From positions 3,692 to 36,372 of the forward strand of contig CAZIEC010000005.1 of assembly GCA_964538145.1 (NCBI GenBank): a DNA stretch of 32,681 nucleotides, written 5' to 3'. This DNA comes from an uncultured archaeon (GTDB taxonomy: Archaea > Asgardarchaeota > Lokiarchaeia > Sigyniarchaeales > SOKP01). Position numbers and translations under genes: made by a program. Numbering within the stretch: the stretch's first letter is position 1; each line of letters opens with the position of its first letter. Shown piece after piece: positions 26,054-32,681 of the stretch. The notes beneath the pieces are model-generated. The model did no database searches and had not been told where the DNA came from. It saw only the letters and a program-made list of their open reading frames with translations.

Positions 26054-27376
26054 TTAGGGGGTCAAGCGCTCAGGAGTTCGAGGATACATCACGACTTCAC
26101 GAATGTCATCCAAGCCACAGATAACAGTCATCCAACGTGCAATTCCTAGTCCAAAACCTGCGTGGGGTGGCATTCCAAATTCAAAGGTTTTCAAGTGCGA
26201 TTCAAACGATAATGGATTTAAACCTTTTGATTCTATTGATTTTTCTAGTTGATCTTTGTTGTGAATTCTCGTGCCTCCTGAACTTAATTCTAGCCATCCT
26301 TTTTGAAGATCAAAAGATTCACTATAGGTAGGATCTGAAGAGGGCATTATGTAGAAGGGTTTTATCTTCATTGGCCAATGTGTAATGTAATAATAGTCAG
26401 TTAATTCTTCATCGAGTTTTCTATAAGCTTCTGTTGGAATATCTTCTCCCCATTCTACTTCAATTTTAAATTTTGTATTTATTAAATCGAGAATCTCATC
26501 ATATTTATATCGTTCTAATGGTAATTCTGGAATAACAGTTTTATCTTCCATTTTTAAAAATTTTAATGCGGAAATCTTGTTTTCTTTAACACTCTTAATC
26601 ACGTTATGCACTAATTCTTCTAAGATTTTCATTACATCATGCATGTTAGCAAAAGCCATCTCAACATCTAAAGTAAAAATTTCGCAGAGATGCCTTTTTG
26701 TATGGCTTTTTTCGGCTCTAAAGCAAGGACTAATCTCATATACTCGCTCATAGACGCCACTAAGTTGTTCTTTATATAATTGTGCTGATTGGGTTAGAAA
26801 TGCCTCTCTATCGAAATACATTATTGGGAATAGCTCAGTACCCCCTTCTGTAGCTGAACCTATAATCTTTGGAGTAGTGATCTCTGTAAAATCGTTATCA
26901 ATTAAAAAATTTCTTATGGATTTTAACACTTCTTCACGAATACTAAATATTGCTTGATTTCTCAATGATCTCAAATCGAGTGCTCTATTATTTAGCCTTA
27001 AATCTAATTCTGAGATGGTCTCACCCGTCATATCGATGGGCAATTTTTCGGGAGTCTTATTTAAAATTTTTATATCTGAAGGGATTATTTCAACGCCACC
27101 AGGTGCCTTATTGAAGGCTTTAACTTTTCCTTTAACCATTATACAATATTGATAGCCCACTTTAGCCTTTTCAAACACCTTATCTGGAACAACACCTTTT
27201 TTAATCGTAATTTGGCGCTCTCCATATTTATCTTGAAGTGAAATAAATTTTAACCCTCCAAGATCTCTATAATTTCGAACCCAACCTCCTAAAATGACTT
27301 CTTGACCAGCAATTTCTGGTAATACATCCTTAGTATAATGAGTCTTTCTCCAATCATCCAGATTATCTAATTCCAT
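26054..27376 (-). CDS. aspS: Aspartyl-tRNA synthetase, archaeal type
   Basis: The N-terminal OB fold reads GGWVRNYRDLGGLKFISLQD. Class II motif 2 is FRAEKSHTKRHLCE and motif 3 is GFGLGIARW. Size is ~440 aa. Confidence 0.92.
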   Translation of the reverse strand: MELDNLDDWRKTHYTKDVLPEIAGQEVILGGWVRNYRDLGGLKFISLQDKYGERQITIKKGVVPDKVFEKAKVGYQYCIMVKGKVKAFNKAPGGVEIIPSDIKILNKTPEKLPIDMTGETISELDLRLNNRALDLRSLRNQAIFSIREEVLKSIRNFLIDNDFTEITTPKIIGSATEGGTELFPIMYFDREAFLTQSAQLYKEQLSGVYERVYEISPCFRAEKSHTKRHLCEIFTLDVEMAFANMHDVMKILEELVHNVIKSVKENKISALKFLKMEDKTVIPELPLERYKYDEILDLINTKFKIEVEWGEDIPTEAYRKLDEELTDYYYITHWPMKIKPFYIMPSSDPTYSESFDLQKGWLELSSGGTRIHNKDQLEKSIESKGLNPLSFESHLKTFEFGMPPHAGFGLGIARWMTVICGLDDIREVVMYPRTPERLTP

Positions 27377-27513
27377 TTCGATATGTAACCATTATTTTTT
27401 ATTTGGTAAGTTAAATTTGAAAAGTAAATTTACAATAAATTTTTTGTCATAATTTAAAGTAAGAAAATTTTTAAAACGTATTTATGATACGAATCAAAAA
27501 TTTTGAATTTTTT

Positions 27514-28899
27514 TCATTTCATCAATTCTCTTAATAGCATGGTTGCATATGAACCTCTGGGAAGAGAAAATTCAATTTTTAATTTCAACTTACCTTTAAA
27601 TATCTCATCTTCCCTAAACTCTATAATTTTAAGGCCAATTGGTTTAACTGTCATTCTTCTAAAAGTTCCTTTAAAATCATGCTCTCGCATGTATTTACTT
27701 TTAAAGATATCTTCATTAAATCCATCTTCACTCATTAGCATGTTAAATAATTTTTGCATTAAAGGATAATCGCTTAAATCAGTATCATATCCTATTAATG
27801 GAATTACAATTGAGGCTCTATTCAGCCTTAAAGCTTCCTTTAAATACTTATCAAGGGAAAAACCGTAGATGTAAGAAGCATGGGTTGGATTGCCATTATC
27901 ATCATCTAAAATACTGATAACATCTCCCTTCACTGGTTTAATTGGTGAAATTTTATTTTTAAGTCTTAATGATATAATTCGATTAAACACGTAAGATTGA
28001 AAAGAACTGATTAATAATCGAAATAGATAACTTGGAAGATTATCAAAAGCTTTTTCGTAATCATAATCTTCTTGAATTAAGTATTCAATTAAAAGTCGTT
28101 CATAATTCAAGCCTTTTGGAAAAGAGCGGATAACATCTTCGTAATTCCTTTCTTTTTTTAATCTTGAACGAAATTTTCTTATTCGCGCTGATTCTGTAGA
28201 ATACGTAGTGAAAATGAATTCTTCAAATGCTTTTTCAAAGTTTCCCTCTAAAAGATATCTTCCAATTAAATGAGAATTTGGTCTAAAATTTCCAAACCTT
28301 TGCAAGCCATAATAATTTAGAAATCCGTGTTTTTGAATAAAATTAAAAATTTTTTCAATTAATCTGTGCAAATTCTTTTGCTTTTCAATATTTCTAATTG
28401 TTATTACAAAAAAATTCCCACGATTGCTTCCTAATTTTACAGCTTTACTTGAAGGAACAATATTCCTGATAAAAATATCTTTTAATTTCAATTTCTCTAG
28501 TTGTTCAACATGATTTCCTTTTATAGAAATTTTTTGAACACTAATAGAGCACTTATCTTTTAACCCAGAATATGATATTTGATTTATTGGAACTTTTAGA
28601 GTACTACTTATTGAATTAATGGCTTCAAAAGTTTCTTTATTTATTTTTACCAAATTAAAAGTGGTATATTTGTCATCAATATCTTCAGAGAAATATATTG
28701 GAGGGTTATCATCCCTTATTTCTAATACTTCTCCATCTTCAGTTATCTCTTTAACAATAAAATCTTTATGAGTATATTTGTAAATGCCACCGATACCTTT
28801 TACTTTAGGAGTCATAAAATATCTTATGCCAACAAACTTTTCAACTTCTCGTTCACTATTATTTTCAAAACATATATCACATTTCATCTCATTAGGCAT
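27514..28899 (-). CDS. truD: tRNA pseudouridine synthase TruD/Pus7 family
   Basis: The catalytic motif is YSGLKDKCSISVQ (GxKD...Q). NYYGLQRFG and the C-terminal FSLPRGSYATMLLRE are typical TruD segments. Confidence 0.85.
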   Translation of the reverse strand: MPNEMKCDICFENNSEREVEKFVGIRYFMTPKVKGIGGIYKYTHKDFIVKEITEDGEVLEIRDDNPPIYFSEDIDDKYTTFNLVKINKETFEAINSISSTLKVPINQISYSGLKDKCSISVQKISIKGNHVEQLEKLKLKDIFIRNIVPSSKAVKLGSNRGNFFVITIRNIEKQKNLHRLIEKIFNFIQKHGFLNYYGLQRFGNFRPNSHLIGRYLLEGNFEKAFEEFIFTTYSTESARIRKFRSRLKKERNYEDVIRSFPKGLNYERLLIEYLIQEDYDYEKAFDNLPSYLFRLLISSFQSYVFNRIISLRLKNKISPIKPVKGDVISILDDDNGNPTHASYIYGFSLDKYLKEALRLNRASIVIPLIGYDTDLSDYPLMQKLFNMLMSEDGFNEDIFKSKYMREHDFKGTFRRMTVKPIGLKIIEFREDEIFKGKLKLKIEFSLPRGSYATMLLRELMK

Positions 28900-28921
28900 T
28901 TTTTACTCCTTTCATGACTAA

Positions 28922-29278
28922 TTATAACAACTTCAAGTGTCCAGTAATCTCATCAATTATTTCAGATTTTACAGGACCAATGCCGACTGCTGTTATTGTT
29001 CCAGGTGGTAATTGAGTTAAACCTGCATCTTTTACCACGAAATATGGGATTTTTTTCGTTCTTAACTTTCTTGTTATCTCATTCATTTCTTCAATATTGT
29101 TAATCTTCAAGATGACTTTCTTTTGACCTGAATTCATCCATTGTTTCCATGTTTTTTTATCCTGTACTCGTACAATATCAGCTGCGGTTACTGATGCGTG
29201 GCAGGCTTGCGCACACTTTTTACCGGTGCCCATTTTTAAATCTGTTCTAATTAAAATAACTTGTTTATATTCTTCCAC
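28922..29278 (-). CDS. pth2: Peptidyl-tRNA hydrolase, archaeal/eukaryotic Pth2 type
   Basis: [21 protein letters not shown] ... [19 protein letters not shown]. Size is 118 aa. The start is GTG. Confidence 0.9.
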   Translation of the reverse strand: MEEYKQVILIRTDLKMGTGKKCAQACHASVTAADIVRVQDKKTWKQWMNSGQKKVILKINNIEEMNEITRKLRTKKIPYFVVKDAGLTQLPPGTITAVGIGPVKSEIIDEITGHLKLL

Positions 29279-29329
29279 GATAACACATTCCGAATGTTAT
29301 ATAAAGAAAAATAAGATTTTTTAAATTTT

Positions 29330-29842
29330 TCATTCAAAACTTATTCTTATTATATTTCCTGTTAATTCAAATACTAAATCTTCTAATTCTTCTTTTGTAA
29401 AAAGCAATTTATCCTGATCTCTTTTACTAATTACCGCTTTAAATTCAACTTCTCCTACTGGTAAGAATATTTCATTTAAAGATATTAATTTGTAAGGAGA
29501 TATTAATGCCTCAATTACGGGTCGTGGATTATTTGTTTTTTCTACTAAAATTATTTCTTCAATTTCATATGTTTCTTTGATCCAATCGACTAACTCTTGA
29601 GTTATTTTAAGTTTATCTTTTTTCCCTACGACTAATATGACAACATCTCCATAATCAATAGATTTGTAAAATGAAACATCCTTAAGAAAAGAAAATCTAT
29701 CTTCCTCTTCTAATTTTAGAAAATTTCTTGCTAAATCGATATCAAACTCCGTTATTTCTCCAGCATCAAGTCTAGCTTGGCAATTAGTACATAAAAATCC
29801 TGAATTTATACAAGTCTTATCAGCAGGTAATTCCTTAACCAT
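29330..29842 (-). CDS. Conserved-looking hypothetical protein with N-terminal Cys cluster (C-x6-C-x2-C)
   Basis: 170-aa ORF with an ATG start. It lies in a tight co-directional array with pth2 and truD. I recognise no secure family. Confidence 0.5.
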   Translation of the reverse strand: MVKELPADKTCINSGFLCTNCQARLDAGEITEFDIDLARNFLKLEEEDRFSFLKDVSFYKSIDYGDVVILVVGKKDKLKITQELVDWIKETYEIEEIILVEKTNNPRPVIEALISPYKLISLNEIFLPVGEVEFKAVISKRDQDKLLFTKEELEDLVFELTGNIIRISFE

Positions 29843-30027
29843 TTATCAACTCTATGTGGCAATTTATAAATTAGGAAAATATCTACTTATAATTCTAAAT
29901 TAATTTTAAATAAATTTTAAATTTTATTTCTCAGAATGTTAAATAATTTTTAAAGAAGCTTAAATATTGTCTCAATAAAGCACATTAAAAAAAATTTTAA
30001 CCAAATCTGTTGAGAATTCTAAAAAAA

Positions 30028-30222
30028 TCACAGTTCAATGATGTCGCAATTTAATGATTTTATCAATCTATCTGCCGTTGTTGGGTCTGTTTTAAAAGTA
30101 TATAGACATCTTCTTGTTCTCAATTTAAGTTTTACAATATCTTTTATCCTTTTAACCCTGCAATGAATCGCGTGTTCTGAATATTTTAAGAACTCTTCCT
30201 CGGTAAATATTTCTTTAGGCAT
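30028..30222 (-). CDS. rpl38e: Ribosomal protein eL38
   Basis: MPKEIFTEEEFLKYSEHA..CRVKRIKDIVKLKLRTRRCLYTFKTDPTTADRLIKSL parallels eukaryotic L38 (MPRKIEEIKDFLL...VKFKVRCSRYLYTL...KAEKLKQSL). Size is 64 aa. Confidence 0.75.
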   Translation of the reverse strand: MPKEIFTEEEFLKYSEHAIHCRVKRIKDIVKLKLRTRRCLYTFKTDPTTADRLIKSLNCDIIEL

Positions 30223-30400
30223 TCCATCTCAACTTAAAATTAGATTGTACTATTATCGATTATATTAATTCTATTTATTATAACATTTTAATTTTTTGAT
30301 TGATTCCAAAAATTTTAATTTTAAAAACAATTTTCTCAAATATTCTTGATTTTAATTATTCTTTTATTATTAAAAATCATAAAAATAGAGATTAAAAACC

Positions 30401-30565
30401 ATGAGTCCCATTGATGATTTAGAAAAACGAAAAATTGCAAGATATCACCTTTTAGAGAAGAGTGTATGTCGAAGATGTGGTGCTCTTAATCCAATTAAGG
30501 CAAAAAAGTGCCGAAAATGTCACGGAAAAGATTTAAGACCAAAAAGGAAAGAATTGACTAAATGA
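30401..30565 (+). CDS. rpl40e: Ribosomal protein eL40 (absent from the supplied ORF track, 54 aa)
   Basis: My own translation is [54 protein letters not shown]. It carries the eL40 zinc-ribbon pattern ICR-x-C-x-A-x-N-x5-C-R-K-x-C-H and a basic tail. Confidence 0.8.
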   Translation: MSPIDDLEKRKIARYHLLEKSVCRRCGALNPIKAKKCRKCHGKDLRPKRKELTK

Positions 30566-30923
30566 GTGGATTTTTTCTTTAATTTAATTAAAAAAGCTAA
30601 TCCTTCTTTAAATCAAGCGATTAATATTTGTAAACAAAATGTAAAAACGCTTTTTTTATTTTACCAATAAAGTTTATTTAGCTAGGGAATGAATGTTCTT
30701 GCGTATAGAGATTGTGAAAATTTAATTTAAATATCATCATTTCAAGCATTTTTTTCCAATAAAATTCTATTTTAAAATAATTTTTAAATTTAAGCAATTT
30801 AAAATCAAAAATTAGAAAAGTTGAATATTTTGGTCCTTTAAAAAGTAGAAAACTTTTTTAAATTTCATATATAAATGATCTCAATATCATAAAAAATAAT
30901 AAAGTTTGAAATAAAATTTAAAT

Positions 30924-30928
30924 GGTGA
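30924..30928 (+). promoter_or_regulatory. Shine-Dalgarno-like GGTGA, 9 nt upstream of the thermosome ATG
   Basis: The sequence reads aaatGGTGAaataagaaaATGgct. Confidence 0.5.
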
Positions 30929-30937
30929 AATAAGAAA

Positions 30938-32620
30938 ATGGCTCAACTTGGAGGAACCCCTGTTTTACTACTTAAAGAGGGTACTGAAAGAACTCGTGGC
31001 AAAGATGCAATGACGAATAACATTGCAGCTGCTAAAGTAATTGCTGAGGCAGTTCGCACTTCACTTGGTCCACGAGGAATGGACAAAATGTTAGTTGATC
31101 AATTTGGTGATGTTGTAATTACAAATGATGGAGCAACAATTCTCAAGGAGATAGATGTTCAACATCCTGCTGCGAAAATGATGGTAGAAGTTGCTAAGAC
31201 ACAAGACTCTGAGGTTGGAGATGGAACCACTACTAGTGTTATTCTTGCTGGTGAACTATTAAAAAGGGCCGAAAAGCTTTTAGAACAAAAAATTCACCCA
31301 ACAGTAATAACTGAAGGTTTTCGAAAAGCTGCAGAAAAAGCTATTGAAATCTTAGACGAAATGTCCATTAAAGCAAGCATTGACGATTATGAAAAGTTAA
31401 AAAACGCAGCAATGACATGCATGTCCAGTAAATTAGTTTCTGAGTCAAAAGAAATGCTTGCTGAGATATGCATTGAAGCAATCAAATCAATTGCAGAAAA
31501 GGGAGAAAATGGCAAGTGGATAGCTGACATTGATAAAGTCCAAATTCAAAAGAAAGAAGGTGAAAGCATTGATGACACCAGATTAATCAAGGGCATTATT
31601 TTGGATAAGGAAGTTGTAAGTCCTGGAATGCCAAAATCAATTAAAGATGCTAAGATACTATTGTTACAAAGCGCTCTTGAGATTGAAAAGACAGAATTTG
31701 ACAGCAAACTACAAATAACAAGTCCAGAACAAATTCAGCAATTTCTTGATGAAGAAGAGAAAATGCTTAGAACAATGATTGAAAAGATCGAAAAATCTGG
31801 TGCTAACGTAGTCATTTGCCAAAAAGGAATCGATGACTTAGCTCAACATTTTCTTGCTAAGAAAGGAATCATGGCAGTAAGAAGAGTTAAGAAATCTGAT
31901 ATGGAAAAGTTATCCAAAGCAACCGGTGGAATGATCTTTACCAGTTTAGATGATGTAACACCAGAAAAACTTGGATATGCTGGATTAGTAGAAGAACGCA
32001 AGATAATGAATGATAGCTGGGTATTCATTGAAGAATGCAAGGATCCTAAATCTGTAGTGATCTTGATCCGAGGTGGAACTGAACTAATCGTGGATGAAGT
32101 TGAAAGAGCAATTCATGATGCCTTGTGCGTTGTTAGGGATATTGTTGAAGATGAAAAAATCGTTGGTGGTGGCGGAGCTCCAGAACTAGAAACAGCAATT
32201 AAATTGAGAAAATTCGCATCAACTTTAGGAGGTCGTGAACAATTAGCAGTTGAAGCTTTCGCAGATAGTCTCGAAATAATTCCTAAAACCTTGGCCGAAA
32301 ATGCTGGACTTGATCAAATCGAAATCTTAATGAATCTAAGAGCAAAACATCAAGAAGGAAATAGATTTGCTGGTTTTGACATGGAAACTGGAGAAATTAT
32401 TGAGGATATGACAAAAATCGGAATAATCGAACCTACTGCCGTGAAAGTTCAAGCAATAAAGAGCTCAACTGAAGCAACTTCAATGATCCTGAGAATCGAT
32501 GATGTTATAGCAGGATCCAAGCAACCAGAACCTCCTGGAATGCCTGGTGGACCAGGTGGAGGAATGGGAGGAATGGGTGGAATGGGTCCTGAAGGAATGG
32601 GCGGAATGCCACCAATGTAA
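30938..32620 (+). CDS. ths: Thermosome subunit (group II chaperonin, CCT/TCP-1 family)
   Basis: [61 protein letters not shown] and VGGGGAPE are present. The C-terminal tail is a GGM repeat. Confidence 0.95.
   Translation: MAQLGGTPVLLLKEGTERTRGKDAMTNNIAAAKVIAEAVRTSLGPRGMDKMLVDQFGDVVITNDGATILKEIDVQHPAAKMMVEVAKTQDSEVGDGTTTSVILAGELLKRAEKLLEQKIHPTVITEGFRKAAEKAIEILDEMSIKASIDDYEKLKNAAMTCMSSKLVSESKEMLAEICIEAIKSIAEKGENGKWIADIDKVQIQKKEGESIDDTRLIKGIILDKEVVSPGMPKSIKDAKILLLQSALEIEKTEFDSKLQITSPEQIQQFLDEEEKMLRTMIEKIEKSGANVVICQKGIDDLAQHFLAKKGIMAVRRVKKSDMEKLSKATGGMIFTSLDDVTPEKLGYAGLVEERKIMNDSWVFIEECKDPKSVVILIRGGTELIVDEVERAIHDALCVVRDIVEDEKIVGGGGAPELETAIKLRKFASTLGGREQLAVEAFADSLEIIPKTLAENAGLDQIEILMNLRAKHQEGNRFAGFDMETGEIIEDMTKIGIIEPTAVKVQAIKSSTEATSMILRIDDVIAGSKQPEPPGMPGGPGGGMGGMGGMGPEGMGGMPPM
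32558..32608 (+). repeat. In-frame 9-bp tandem repeat encoding the GGM tail of the thermosome
   Basis: gga gga atg / gga gga atg / ggt gga atg, followed by degenerate units (ggt cct gaa gga atg, ggc gga atg). Confidence 0.85.
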
Positions 32621-32681
32621 TCAAAAAAATAATTTTTTTTTAAAAATAAAATTAGTTATCTCTATTTTTCTTTTAATTTTT

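Noticed and set aside
27503-27769. 88-aa plus-strand ORF overlapping the truD 3-prime end
   Set aside because: It is antisense to truD and its product is Ser/Leu/Asn-rich and low in complexity.
32558-32608. 9-bp tandem repeat at the end of the thermosome gene, considered as a hypervariable or slippage locus
   Set aside because: It encodes the well-known GGM tail of chaperonins, in frame. It is an expected feature, not an anomaly.

Overview
Strongly AT-rich archaeal chromosomal segment. I support 33 protein-coding genes. I found no rRNA, tRNA, CRISPR array, IS element or transposase. Most of the window is housekeeping. The window opens with a partial CDP-alcohol phosphatidyltransferase gene. 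It is followed by the flavin cofactor pair ribL plus an HTH-fused CTP-dependent riboflavin kinase, then a translin-family gene. Next come archaeal-type ThrRS, PRPP synthetase, and a minus-strand translation cluster (Pth2, TruD, AspRS, MetAP-2). The window ends with the ribosomal proteins eL38 and eL40 and a thermosome subunit. Interspersed are eukaryote-like signature genes: a Ras/Rab-type small GTPase, an Rpn11/CSN5-like JAMM/MPN+ protease and an Alba-like protein. Together with the AT-richness these suggest, by inference only, an Asgard (Lokiarchaeia-like) genome. I see no recognisable defence island or mobile element, and I do not claim a new system. The points most worth follow-up are listed here. 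(1) The GTPase P-loop lies upstream of any canonical start codon. (2) An orphan 411-aa helical protein has a weak, by-eye, colinear Bro1-like pattern. (3) A gene-decay zone at 17.5-18.2 kb holds a duplicated kinase 3-prime fragment, a 4Fe-4S motif interrupted by TGA, and a Cys-rich micro-ORF. (4) Short direct repeats bracket the UPF0200 kinase gene. (5) A roughly 900-bp gene-free stretch at 23.3-24.2 kb contains several GC-containing inverted repeats. All family calls rest on motifs read by eye. None has been confirmed by database search.
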